The notes: generated by a model from the sequence alone, not told the origin. 64,000 bases of DNA from an uncultured Bacilli bacterium (GCA_934096805.1 CAKOMW010000002.1:139736-203735); one strand, 5' to 3'. Shown: positions 8,087 to 17,537, counted from the stretch's first letter. A program made the numbers and translations.

Positions 8087-9837
8087 TAAAAATAATGGAT
8101 GAAGACTTATCCAACAAAATAGCAGCAGGTGAAGTAGTAGAATCCTTAATGAGCGTAGTAAAAGAATTAGTGGAAAACTCAATTGACGCTAACTCTTCAA
8201 TAATAAAAATTTATCTTTCAGATTCTGGTATTAAATCCATAAAAGTAGTAGACAATGGAAAAGGAATGTCAAGAGAAGATGCCAATTGTTGTATTCTTAG
8301 ACATGCCACTAGTAAGCTATATACTAAAGATGACCTATTTAACATCAATACTTTAGGCTTTCGAGGAGAAGCCATGCCTTCAATTGCTAGTGTTTCCCAA
8401 ATGATTATCAAAACCAGTGATGGTGAAGAATCTACAAAAATAATAGTAAAGGGAGGTACAGTTGAAGAAATAAAATCAACAGATTTAAGAGGAGGCACCA
8501 CCATTGAAGTAAGTGACATTTTCTATAATACTCCTGCTAGGTTTAAATATCTAAAAAGCTTACATACAGAACTCGCAAACATAACAAACTATGTAAACAA
8601 AATGGCTTTAGCTAACCCTGACATATCATTTTATCTTGAAAACGATGGAAAAGTTTTATTAAACACAGATGGTTCCTCTAATCTCTTAAAAGTAATTAAT
8701 AGCATTTATGGACTTGAAGTAACAAAAAAAATGTTAAAAGTAGAAAGATCAAGCAGTGACTATAAAGTAACTGGATATATTTCTTATCCCGAAATTAATC
8801 GTTCTAGTAGAAACAATATAACCCTTTTAGTAAATGGAAGATATGTTAGAAACAATGATATTACAAGAACAATACTTGATGGCTATCACACATATTTACC
8901 AATCAACCGTTATCCTATTGTTGTATTAAATATTGAAGCCGATCCTTATATAATTGATGTAAATATTCATCCCACTAAAATGGATATCAAATTCTCTAAA
9001 ATAGAAGAATTAAAAGAAATGATTTTTTCCTTAGTTAGTGAGTCATTAAATAAACTCACCTTAATACCAGAGGCAAAATACGAACCACGTCCTATATCTA
9101 ATATTGAAACAGTAACTACTTTAAATGACAAAATAGACTTTAAAGATGAAAAAACTTGCGATACACTAGAAGAAAAAGTGAAATTTGAAGAACTAAACTT
9201 TGATTTTGATAATGACTATACTATTAGTGATAGAAAAGAAGAATATCATAAAGAAAAAATGAAAAAAATAAAACCACTTGCTCTTGCTCATGGAACATAT
9301 ATAATTGGTGAAAACGAAGATGGAATATTTTTAATAGACCAACATGCTGCCAATGAAAGAATCAATTATGAATACTATCTAAAAGAACTAGGAAAAGAAA
9401 ACACTCTTACAAAAGACCTTTTAATACCAATAAAAATTGAACTTTCTAATAACGAATATCTTAGTTTAAAAGAAAATATAAATGTTTTAGATAAAATGGG
9501 CTTTGTTTATGAAGAATTTGGTTTTAATACACTTATTATAAGAAGCCATCCTGCTTGGATTAAACAAGGCTATACAAACGAAACAATTAGAAAAATAATT
9601 GAAGTTATAATTGAAAAAAAAGAATTTAGTAAAGAAAAATTTTTAGAACGTGTTGCCATAACTTTAGCATGCAAAATGTCCATTAAAGCCAATGAACACA
9701 TCTCAGACGAAGAAATGAACTCTTTACTAAATAGATTAAGAGATACAAACAATCCTTTCACTTGTCCACATGGAAGACCCACAATTATTACATTTTCTAT
9801 TTATGAATTAGAAAAAATGTTTAAGAGGGTTGTATAA
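8077..9837 (+). CDS. mutL: DNA mismatch repair protein MutL
   Basis: IAAGEVVESLMSVVKELVENSIDA GHKL ATPase motifs; conserved C-terminal dimerisation/endonuclease region (LIDQHAANERINYE, ACKMSIKAN, FTCPHGRP). Confidence 0.9.
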   Translation: MQIIKIMDEDLSNKIAAGEVVESLMSVVKELVENSIDANSSIIKIYLSDSGIKSIKVVDNGKGMSREDANCCILRHATSKLYTKDDLFNINTLGFRGEAMPSIASVSQMIIKTSDGEESTKIIVKGGTVEEIKSTDLRGGTTIEVSDIFYNTPARFKYLKSLHTELANITNYVNKMALANPDISFYLENDGKVLLNTDGSSNLLKVINSIYGLEVTKKMLKVERSSSDYKVTGYISYPEINRSSRNNITLLVNGRYVRNNDITRTILDGYHTYLPINRYPIVVLNIEADPYIIDVNIHPTKMDIKFSKIEELKEMIFSLVSESLNKLTLIPEAKYEPRPISNIETVTTLNDKIDFKDEKTCDTLEEKVKFEELNFDFDNDYTISDRKEEYHKEKMKKIKPLALAHGTYIIGENEDGIFLIDQHAANERINYEYYLKELGKENTLTKDLLIPIKIELSNNEYLSLKENINVLDKMGFVYEEFGFNTLIIRSHPAWIKQGYTNETIRKIIEVIIEKKEFSKEKFLERVAITLACKMSIKANEHISDEEMNSLLNRLRDTNNPFTCPHGRPTIITFSIYELEKMFKRVV

Positions 9838-9884
9838 TACAACATATTTGTGTATAATATTTAATTACCTAGGAGGTGTGGTTT

Positions 9885-10145
9885 ATGAATGTTGATGTAA
9901 CAGTAAATAGTGTAAGAGAGATAGAATCAGGTACAAACATGCATGGGGTAGTTTCTTCAAACGAAGGCTTAAGTTATAATGAAGCTAGCAACGCTGTATA
10001 TTATTCCTTAGATCAAGAAGGATACTTTGTTAACTCTATTTTTTTAACATATAAAGATGAAAACGCTTACCTTTTTGAAGCAATCGTTAAAAATAAACAT
10101 TATGATGATATGATGAATGAGATATTTGTAAAAACAAGACGTTAA
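9885..10145 (+). CDS. small hypothetical protein
   Basis: aggagg RBS 9 nt upstream; 86 aa. Confidence 0.4.
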   Translation: MNVDVTVNSVREIESGTNMHGVVSSNEGLSYNEASNAVYYSLDQEGYFVNSIFLTYKDENAYLFEAIVKNKHYDDMMNEIFVKTRR

Positions 10146-10154
10146 GGTGATTAA

Positions 10155-10883
10155 ATGATTTATGCAATTGTTGGTCCTACTGGAGTAGGCAAAACTAATC
10201 TTAGTATAAAACTTGCTAAAAAATTAAACGCAGAAATTATTAATTGTGATAGTATGCAAATATACAAAGAATTTAAAATCGGAGTAGGCAAAATAACCGA
10301 TAGGGAAAAAGAAAATATTACTCATCACTTATTTGATGTTGTAAGTATATCTGAAGACTACTCCGTTTTCGATTACCAAAAAGAAGCTAGAAAAATACTA
10401 GATAGTTTATTACAACAAAATAAAAATATTATAATTGTCGGAGGAACCGGTCTATATTTGAAAGCACTTTTATATGACTACACATTTGATAAGAATAAAA
10501 ATGGTAATAAAAAACTATATGATTTTAAATTAATTGGTCTTACTAAAGATAGAGATATTTTATATCAAGACATTAATAAAAGAGTAGATAGTATGATTAA
10601 TGATAATTTAGAAAACGAGGTAAGAGAATTTTACAACAAAGAAATAAACTCTAGAGCTATTACTACTGCAATTGGATATAAAGAATTTTATTCATATTTT
10701 AAAAATGAAATAACTTATGAAGAAACTATTTCTTTAATAAAAAAGAATTCAAGAAACTATGCTAAAAGACAATATACTTTTTTTAATAATCAATTTGCAG
10801 ATATAAAATGGTACAATACAATGAAATTATCTCCTGATGAAATAGTTTCTGATATAATGAGGGATAATTATGAAGATAAATGA
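10155..10883 (+). CDS. miaA: tRNA dimethylallyltransferase
   Basis: P-loop IVGPTGVGKT; MiaA-like length and motifs; no hfq downstream. Confidence 0.85.
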   Translation: MIYAIVGPTGVGKTNLSIKLAKKLNAEIINCDSMQIYKEFKIGVGKITDREKENITHHLFDVVSISEDYSVFDYQKEARKILDSLLQQNKNIIIVGGTGLYLKALLYDYTFDKNKNGNKKLYDFKLIGLTKDRDILYQDINKRVDSMINDNLENEVREFYNKEINSRAITTAIGYKEFYSYFKNEITYEETISLIKKNSRNYAKRQYTFFNNQFADIKWYNTMKLSPDEIVSDIMRDNYEDK

Positions 10884-11502
10884 TAAATTCACTAACAAAA
10901 TACATAGATCCTATAATATTAGGAACATTGAATTAGAAGAAGATTTTAAATTTTTAGAAAAAAACATTTTATTTGAAAATGATAATACGATAATATATTG
11001 TCCTTCCTATTCTTCGGATGTCTGTTTTAAAATTGATAAGTCTTTACTTTATAAAGCACGAGAAACCTATGAAATCGAAGAAATGATTTCTGCTCTTGCA
11101 GATAAACAAGAAAACGTTAAATTGACTGAATTTCCGTATGGTGTTGTAACTCAAGGGAGAAGAGTAATTGGACAAGAAGTAAGACTATACAAAGAATACG
11201 AACCATTATCTAAAAAAGTTTATTCTTTAACAAATGAACAATTTCTAATTGTATGTAAAAAAGTTTCAGAAATAATAAAAGAGTTAATTAATAATGATAT
11301 TTATTATTTAGATATTCATGAAGATAATTTCTTAGTCAATGATGATTTAGATGTAAAGGTAATTGACTTTTCATATAATTGCGTTATATTCTGTCATAAT
11401 AATCAAAATGAAAGTAGATTTTGTCACGAAAAATTAGAATCAATGTTTACTAAGCTAAGTAATTGTCAAAAAGAAGAAAATAACAGTCACAAAACCAGAT
11501 AA
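10870..11502 (+). CDS. small protein-kinase-like fold protein (atypical kinase/APH/Kdo-kinase-like)
   Basis: catalytic-loop-like YYLDIHEDNFLVNDDLDVKVIDFSY (HxDxxxxN ... IDF); start overlaps miaA stop (ATGA). Confidence 0.45.
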   Translation: MKINDKFTNKIHRSYNIRNIELEEDFKFLEKNILFENDNTIIYCPSYSSDVCFKIDKSLLYKARETYEIEEMISALADKQENVKLTEFPYGVVTQGRRVIGQEVRLYKEYEPLSKKVYSLTNEQFLIVCKKVSEIIKELINNDIYYLDIHEDNFLVNDDLDVKVIDFSYNCVIFCHNNQNESRFCHEKLESMFTKLSNCQKEENNSHKTR

Positions 11503-11536
11503 ACTGTTGTTTTTTCAACAATTTTTTTAAAAAAAA

Positions 11537-11565
11537 TTGACAAAAGCAAAAAAATGTGCTATAAT
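11537..11565 (+). promoter_or_regulatory. consensus sigma-A promoter TTGACA-17-TATAAT
   Basis: ttgaca aaagcaaaaaaatgtgc tataat. Confidence 0.7.
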
Positions 11566-11612
11566 TTAGACACTTAATTAGATACCATAGTAGAGAAATA
11601 GGGGGTTATATT

Positions 11613-12044
11613 ATGGAAAATAGGAGATTAAATTATCATTTTGAATATGTTAATGAAAATGAATTTAGAAAAAAAGAAAGGTCAGTAAGAAAATACAACA
11701 TGTTGGCATATAAGAAATTACAATTTGAATATTATCCAGCCATTAGAGAAGGTAATTTTCTTGGTAAACTAGTTGAAAAATCTACTAAAGATGATTCAGA
11801 AAAATATGAATTAAAATTACCTACAGATTCATTATTTTCTAAAGTACATGGTGACGTTGTTTTACATTACACAGTTTATTTAGATAAAAATGTTGTGTTA
11901 CTTGAAACTATCACACCAGAAGATATTTTAGATGAGGGTCATCGTAGTGAGCTAGGAACATACAAAGGAGTTATGATTTCTAGTACTAATGCTCAAAAAG
12001 ATATGTTTAAAGTTAATTTATTAAATGCATTGAACCATAAATAA
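11613..12044 (+). CDS. hypothetical protein (143 aa)
   Basis: RBS agggggt; no secure family assignment. Confidence 0.5.
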   Translation: MENRRLNYHFEYVNENEFRKKERSVRKYNMLAYKKLQFEYYPAIREGNFLGKLVEKSTKDDSEKYELKLPTDSLFSKVHGDVVLHYTVYLDKNVVLLETITPEDILDEGHRSELGTYKGVMISSTNAQKDMFKVNLLNALNHK

Positions 12045-12146
12045 TTGGTTCTTTTTCATTAAAATACAAAAAAACCTAAAAAAGATAAAAAAATAAAAAA
12101 AGAATATTGATTTATTATAAATTATATGATATTATTAAAAAGCAGT

Positions 12147-12223
12147 GGACCCTTAGCTCAGTTGGTTAGAGCATCCGGCTCATAACCGGGAGGTCGTAGG
12201 TTCGAGCCCTACAGGGTCCACCA
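12147..12223 (+). tRNA. tRNA-Met (anticodon CAT; elongator or Ile-lysidine type)
   Basis: cloverleaf ggaccct...agggtcc acceptor, anticodon loop ctCATaa, TpsiC gttcgag, encoded CCA. Confidence 0.85.
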
Positions 12224-12228
12224 TACAT

Positions 12229-12313
12229 GCGGGTATGGCGGAATTGGCAGACGCACTAGACTTAGGATCTAGCGGAGTGATCCATGGGGGTTCAAGTCCC
12301 TTTACCCGCACCA
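12229..12313 (+). tRNA. tRNA-Leu (anticodon TAG) with long variable arm
   Basis: acceptor gcgggta/tacccgc, anticodon loop ctTAGga, long variable arm, GGTTCAAGTCC T-arm, CCA. Confidence 0.85.
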
Positions 12314-12349
12314 ACTTGTTTAATAATTCGTTTATTCGAATTCTATAGA

Positions 12350-12379
12350 AGTCAATCGAAAGATTGCTTTTTTATTTTT
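12350..12379 (+). terminator. terminator after tRNA pair
   Basis: caatcgaaagattg hairpin followed by cttttttattttt. Confidence 0.5.
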
Positions 12380-12412
12380 ATAAGATTACGCAAACAATTG
12401 TATAAAAATTGT

Positions 12413-12441
12413 TTGACAACAGATATAAAACATGTTATAAT
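12413..12441 (+). promoter_or_regulatory. consensus sigma-A promoter TTGACA-17-TATAAT
   Basis: ttgaca acagatataaaacatgt tataat. Confidence 0.7.
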
Positions 12442-12487
12442 ACTGTAATCTTTTAAGATACTAATATTAATTTATGGAGGACCTAAT

Positions 12488-12910
12488 ATGAAAAAAGAAT
12501 GCTTAACCACTTATCAATTTTTACTTCTTTACAGTGCACTATCTATCTATAAAGAAAATTCATTTTTTATATACAATAAAGAATTAGAACAAAAACTAGC
12601 TAAATTCCATGATGTTGAAGCATTTAACATTTTATTTTCGAATATTGAATTAAAACAAACTAATAAAATATTTTCTTTAAACTTAGACGAAGCCTTTGAT
12701 TTAGCATACAAAAAAGGATTGTTAATAGAAGTGCCATTAAGTGACAATAATATATCAGTTATTAATTTTTCAAATGAATTTGCAAATGATATTATAAATA
12801 GTTTTGATAATTCAATAATATATATTGTAAACGATTTAATTGACATGGCAAACGAAGACAAAAAAATATCATTTACTAATAAAAAGAATATTAGAAAGCT
12901 GTACAAATAA
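12488..12910 (+). CDS. hypothetical protein (140 aa)
   Basis: RBS ggagga; no motif recognised. Confidence 0.5.
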   Translation: MKKECLTTYQFLLLYSALSIYKENSFFIYNKELEQKLAKFHDVEAFNILFSNIELKQTNKIFSLNLDEAFDLAYKKGLLIEVPLSDNNISVINFSNEFANDIINSFDNSIIYIVNDLIDMANEDKKISFTNKKNIRKLYK

Positions 12911-12940
12911 TAAATAAATCAAAAAATGAGGGAGATAATA

Positions 12941-13432
12941 ATGAAAACAATATTTTTAGACATTGATGGAGTTTTAAACGACGATGAATTCATGGAAAAA
13001 GCACGTGAACATGATGAAAGATATAATGTTTTCAGTGGAGATTTAGATAAAGAAAAATTAATTCTTTTGAGAAAAATAATCCATAAAACAGACAGCTCAA
13101 TAGTACTCTCTTCTGCTTGGAGAAATGGTATAAATAAATGTGGCAAAATACTAGTGCCAAATGATGAATTTACTATTGAATTATTTAAAATTTTTCATTA
13201 TTATGGATTAGAAATACATGATATTACTGGTTTTCATCCTACTGGGAAGAGATTATTTGAGATAAGAAACTATTTACACGAACATCCTGAGATCACTAAT
13301 TATGTTATTTTAGATGATGAATATATGCCCGATAAAAACTTAGTTCAAACTGATTTTTACAACAAAGGACTTTGTATGAAACATGTTAATGCTTCAATAG
13401 AAATACTAAATAATAAAGTAAGGAAGAGATAA
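12941..13432 (+). CDS. HAD-superfamily phosphatase of the PNKP / Swiss-army-knife RNA-repair type
   Basis: MKTIFLDIDGVL (DxDG motif I), VLSSAWR (motif II-like), VILDDE (motif IV). Confidence 0.6.
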   Translation: MKTIFLDIDGVLNDDEFMEKAREHDERYNVFSGDLDKEKLILLRKIIHKTDSSIVLSSAWRNGINKCGKILVPNDEFTIELFKIFHYYGLEIHDITGFHPTGKRLFEIRNYLHEHPEITNYVILDDEYMPDKNLVQTDFYNKGLCMKHVNASIEILNNKVRKR

Positions 13433-13433
13433 T

Positions 13434-13904
13434 ATGAGTTTAGTTAAAGTAAAAGAATATTTTAAAAAGTATAATATGGAAGATAAGATAATGGAATTTG
13501 CCACCTCAAGTGCAACGGTAACGTTAGCATCAGATGCCATAGGATGTACACCCGATGAAATAGCAAAAAGTTTAGCTTTTACAGTAGGGGACACTCATGT
13601 TATAATAGTGATGGCAGGAAATTCTAGAATAGATAATGCTAAGTATAGAAAAGAATTCAATACTAAAGCTAAAATGATAAACAAAGAAGAACTAGATAAA
13701 CTAATAGGACACGAAGTCGGAGGAATTTGTCCCTTTGCTATACACGATAATGTTTTAGTATACTTAGACAATAGTCTAAAAAGATTTAAATACATTTATC
13801 CTGCATGTGGCAGTAGCAACAGTGCTATTAAACTCAGTATTTTAGAACTAGAAAAATATTCTAACTATGTAAAATGGATAGATGTTTGTAAGGAAGTGAA
13901 ATAA
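13434..13904 (+). CDS. YbaK/EbsC-family aminoacyl-tRNA deacylase
   Basis: GHEVGGICPFA matches the YbaK/ProX GxxxGGxxPF signature. Confidence 0.7.
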   Translation: MSLVKVKEYFKKYNMEDKIMEFATSSATVTLASDAIGCTPDEIAKSLAFTVGDTHVIIVMAGNSRIDNAKYRKEFNTKAKMINKEELDKLIGHEVGGICPFAIHDNVLVYLDNSLKRFKYIYPACGSSNSAIKLSILELEKYSNYVKWIDVCKEVK

Positions 13905-14344
13905 TGGAAAAATTAATGGCATTTTTAACAGTCAGAGAAGAGTTGGAGAAAAGAATAAGTAATTATAGCTCATATAAAGATTTACATCAAATGAAAGTAC
14001 TAAGAGAACAGTTGCTTAAAAATAATGAACTAATAAAAAAAGAACTTAATGAAATTGGAGCTCTATGTATCACATCAAGAGAAGATGCTAAAGTAGGGAA
14101 CATTGATACACGCATAAGAACAAATATCGATAATTTAGTAGGGATATCTAAAGCCATTAAAGATGATGACTTTCGTCTATTATTTTTACACGATGATTTA
14201 GACATCTTTATAAAAAGTATAATTGGTAATGAAGTTTATATAAAAAGCACGTCTAACCAAGAAATAGATATTAATAAAAACAACATATTAGGCTATTTAG
14301 TTCCCTCTAGAGTACTAGAAAAAGAAAATAAGAAACACTTGTAG
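13904..14344 (+). CDS. hypothetical protein
   Basis: 146-aa ORF translationally coupled to the preceding gene. Confidence 0.45.
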   Translation: MEKLMAFLTVREELEKRISNYSSYKDLHQMKVLREQLLKNNELIKKELNEIGALCITSREDAKVGNIDTRIRTNIDNLVGISKAIKDDDFRLLFLHDDLDIFIKSIIGNEVYIKSTSNQEIDINKNNILGYLVPSRVLEKENKKHL

Positions 14345-14400
14345 TTTTTTATTTTTTTATTTATGAAACAAATTTCGATTAACACTGTCTTGACTTTACC

Positions 14401-15237
14401 ATGATTTTGGGTATAATTATTATAGGATGTGATAATTTGAAAACAAGAGTTCTTAGTGCGATAATTATGATTGCAATAGTGGTTCCTTTAATAATACTAG
14501 GGGGAATACCATTTAAAATACTAGCAATAATTATGTCAATTTTAGGCTTAAAAGAATTAATTGACTTAAGAAAAAAAGAAAGCAATATTCCCATTGCTAT
14601 GGAAATAATATCATATTTATTCGTGATGTTTTTAATAGCCTTTGGTAATAATTACTATTTTGTGAACTATTCACTTACTTATCAAATATTTATAGTACTT
14701 TTCTTAGTCTTTTTACTACCATTAGTATTAATTAATAATAATGATAAATATAATATAAAAGATGCTTTATATTTGATGGGTTCAACCCTTTTCTTAAGTA
14801 TTTCTTTTAATACATTTATTTTAGTAGAAAATATTGGACTTACTTATATCCTTTATATCATTTTAATAACAGTTATCACTGATACTTTTGCCTATGTTGG
14901 TGGTAATTTAATAGGTAGACACAAGCTATGTCCCAAAATAAGTCCTAACAAAACAGTTGAAGGTGCAATTGTTGGTGGATTAGTTGGCACAATGATTCCA
15001 ACTTTGTTCTATGCCTTTGTAATTGGTACTAATCCTAATATATTTATTGTAGCAATAGTGACTCTTGTTCTATCAATAATTGGACAACTCGGAGATTTAG
15101 TTTTTTCAAGTATAAAAAGATACTATAAAGTAAAAGATTTCTCTAATCTTATCCCAGGACACGGAGGAATATTAGATCGCTTAGATAGCCTAATCTTTGT
15201 AGTATTAGCGTTTGTATTATTTATGAATATTTTATAA
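14401..15237 (+). CDS. cdsA: phosphatidate cytidylyltransferase
   Basis: multi-TM protein with the CdsA C-terminal signature (SPNKTVEGAIVGG...IKRYYKVKDFSNLIPGHGGILDRLDS). Confidence 0.85.
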   Translation: MILGIIIIGCDNLKTRVLSAIIMIAIVVPLIILGGIPFKILAIIMSILGLKELIDLRKKESNIPIAMEIISYLFVMFLIAFGNNYYFVNYSLTYQIFIVLFLVFLLPLVLINNNDKYNIKDALYLMGSTLFLSISFNTFILVENIGLTYILYIILITVITDTFAYVGGNLIGRHKLCPKISPNKTVEGAIVGGLVGTMIPTLFYAFVIGTNPNIFIVAIVTLVLSIIGQLGDLVFSSIKRYYKVKDFSNLIPGHGGILDRLDSLIFVVLAFVLFMNIL

Positions 15238-15248
15238 GGAGATTTATT

Positions 15249-16292
15249 ATGCTAACATTGATTTTATTTATATTTATTTTAGGTATAATTGTTTTAATTC
15301 ATGAAGGGGGACACTTTCTATTTGCAAAATTAGTAGGCGTTCATGTTTATGAATTCTCTATTGGAATGGGTCCTAAACTTATTCAAAAGATTGCTAAAGA
15401 CGGGACTAAATACTCAATAAGAGCCATTCCTATAGGAGGATTCGTCTCTCTAGCAGGAGAAGAAATAGACGAAAAAGAATTAGAGAAAACAAAAGGGAAT
15501 AATTTACAAGATAAAAAACCATGGCAAAGATTTCTTGTTATGTTCATGGGAGTTGGTTTCAACTTTCTATTTGCTTTTTTAATTCTTATTTTATCTGGTT
15601 TAATATATGGTGCCCCAGATACAAAACCAGTTCTTACTGAAGTAGTAGAAAACTATCCGGCTTACAATGCAGGGTTAAAAAGTGGTGACAAAGTAGTAAG
15701 AATAAATGGACATAAGATAACTTATAAAGAAGATATCTCCTTATATCTAGCAATTGAAGACTTAAATAAACCAGTTGCCTTTGAAGTAATCAGAGAAGAT
15801 GGAACAACTGCCACTTATAATGTACAAGCAGTAAAAGAAAAAACCAATGATACTGATAGATACGTAATGGGTATAGTAATGGGAAGCGAACCTAAACGAG
15901 GACTTATTCCTTCAATTGTATACGGAGTAAATGAAAGCCTTGCTATATTTAAACAAATGTATGTGGTATTAGGAAATCTTTTCACCGGAGGAGTTTCAGT
16001 TAATCAATTAAGTGGCCCAGTTGGCATCTACACAGTAGTAGGACAAATGCAAAGCCAAGGTATCAATGCCTTAATATACTTGATGGCACTTCTAAGCATT
16101 AACGTTGGAGTAATAAACCTTTTACCACTTCCAGCATTTGACGGAGGAAGAATACTATTCCTAATAATAGAAAAAATAAAAGGTAAACCAGTTAGCCCTA
16201 AAGTAGAAAATACTATTCATTCAATTGGATTTATTCTCTTAATACTTTTAATGCTATATGTCACGTTTAATGATATCTTAAGACTATTCTAA
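15249..16292 (+). CDS. rseP: RIP site-2 metalloprotease RseP/RasP
   Basis: HEGGHFLFAK (HExxH), PDZ domain, LPLPAFDGGRI (LDG motif). Confidence 0.9.
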   Translation: MLTLILFIFILGIIVLIHEGGHFLFAKLVGVHVYEFSIGMGPKLIQKIAKDGTKYSIRAIPIGGFVSLAGEEIDEKELEKTKGNNLQDKKPWQRFLVMFMGVGFNFLFAFLILILSGLIYGAPDTKPVLTEVVENYPAYNAGLKSGDKVVRINGHKITYKEDISLYLAIEDLNKPVAFEVIREDGTTATYNVQAVKEKTNDTDRYVMGIVMGSEPKRGLIPSIVYGVNESLAIFKQMYVVLGNLFTGGVSVNQLSGPVGIYTVVGQMQSQGINALIYLMALLSINVGVINLLPLPAFDGGRILFLIIEKIKGKPVSPKVENTIHSIGFILLILLMLYVTFNDILRLF

Positions 16293-16296
16293 ATAT

Positions 16297-16318
16297 AAAA
16301 GCCGATTATGGCTTTTTT
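16297..16318 (+). terminator. terminator after rseP
   Basis: aaaagccgattatggctttttt. Confidence 0.6.
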
Positions 16319-16359
16319 GGTTGCAAAAAGTTTTACAAATGATATAAGGATAAAAAGAT

Positions 16360-17512
16360 AAAAAAGTATAAGTTTTTTAAATTATATATAAAACAATATT
16401 TTTAATAAAAAAATAAGAATCAAATAAGAAAATTCTCTTAAGGGAAATATCTATTTTGGTTCTTTTTTATGTATTTAAAACTTAAAATTACTCATTTGCA
16501 TTGCATTTTTATATGTTATATATTGGTTTTGAAAGGAGGGAAAAGTATGAATCTTATTGGTGATAAGAAAGCTGTTTTAGATAAAGCTATGTCTAAAAAT
16601 GATGCTTATGAACTTGAAGATAGATATGATGGTTATAAAATACCAATTGTATCAGATGCAATGTTTAGAACAATGTTTTATAATGAATCAAGAAAGAAAT
16701 ATGGATGCTATTTAATTGCACTTCTACTAAAGAAAGACTTTAATGAAATCTATAATAATACTACTTTAATAAAAGCTAATATAGATGAAGAAAAAGAAAA
16801 TAAATCTAGAAAGACAGTAGACTATTTATGTAGAATAGATGATGTAGTAGTCAATGTAGAAATGAATAAAAATGCATCCAAGACAAGTTTAGCAAGAAAT
16901 CTAGGTTATATGTTTTCATTATATAATGGTGGAATGACTAAAGGAGATGATTATTTCTTTGAAACTTGTATTCAAATTAACATAAATAACTTTACATTTC
17001 AAGATAAAAACGAAGTATTAGATGAGTATATGATAGTTAATCTAAAAGACAGTGAAGAAGTGTATACAAATAAAATACATATTTATAATATTTACTTGCC
17101 AAATATAAGAAAAAAAGATTATAATAGTCTTGAGGAATATGAGAAGTTATTATTAGTATTTAATGAAAATGATAATAATATTCTTAATGAATTGAGTAAG
17201 GGTGATAAGATTATGAAAGAATATATTGATGATTCTAGAAAAGCAAGTGAACAAGATGAAGTAATAGGCATGTATGACAAAGAGTTGCACGAAGAAAGAT
17301 TAAGAAAATCAGAGTTAAGAGAAGCTAATGAGAATGGAATACAGCAAGGAATACAACAAGGTCGTAGCGAAGGCATCAAAGAAGGTATCGAGAAAACTGC
17401 CCTTAACATGATTCAAAAAAACATTGATTTAAACATCATCTCAGAATGCACAGGTCTTTCATTAGATGAACTAAACAAATTGAAATAGATTAATTTCTAT
17501 TTCTTTTTACTT
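16360..17512 (+). mobile_element. Rpn-family element copy 1 (leader + nuclease gene + 3' hairpin)
   Basis: about 190-bp leader nearly identical (as reverse complement) to the leaders at 39064-39270, 46990-47210, 47690-47868 and 62828-63050; 3' inverted repeat gaaatagattaatttctatttc + T-run at 17482-17510. Confidence 0.65.
16547..17488 (+). CDS. Rpn/YhgA-like recombination-promoting nuclease / putative transposase (PD-(D/E)XK, Transposase_31 type), subfamily I
   Basis: ATG with RBS aaaggaggg; N-terminal IPIVSDAMFRTMF and VDYLCRIDDVVVNVEMNKN (D...E.K PD-(D/E)XK-like) and a C-terminal G-rich repeat GIQQGIQQGRSEGIKEGIEK followed by TGLSLDELNKL, typical of Rpn proteins. The ORF-track start at 16469 includes leader sequence. 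Confidence 0.65.
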   Translation: MNLIGDKKAVLDKAMSKNDAYELEDRYDGYKIPIVSDAMFRTMFYNESRKKYGCYLIALLLKKDFNEIYNNTTLIKANIDEEKENKSRKTVDYLCRIDDVVVNVEMNKNASKTSLARNLGYMFSLYNGGMTKGDDYFFETCIQININNFTFQDKNEVLDEYMIVNLKDSEEVYTNKIHIYNIYLPNIRKKDYNSLEEYEKLLLVFNENDNNILNELSKGDKIMKEYIDDSRKASEQDEVIGMYDKELHEERLRKSELREANENGIQQGIQQGRSEGIKEGIEKTALNMIQKNIDLNIISECTGLSLDELNKLK

Positions 17513-17537
17513 GCTTATTAAATGTTTTATCAAAGTA

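Noticed and set aside
16469-16546. N-terminal extensions of the Rpn ORFs in the ORF track (MYLKLKITHLHCIFICYILVLKGGKS...)
   Set aside because: The extension is the conserved non-coding leader. A strong RBS (aaaggaggg) sits immediately before the internal ATG (MNLIG...)
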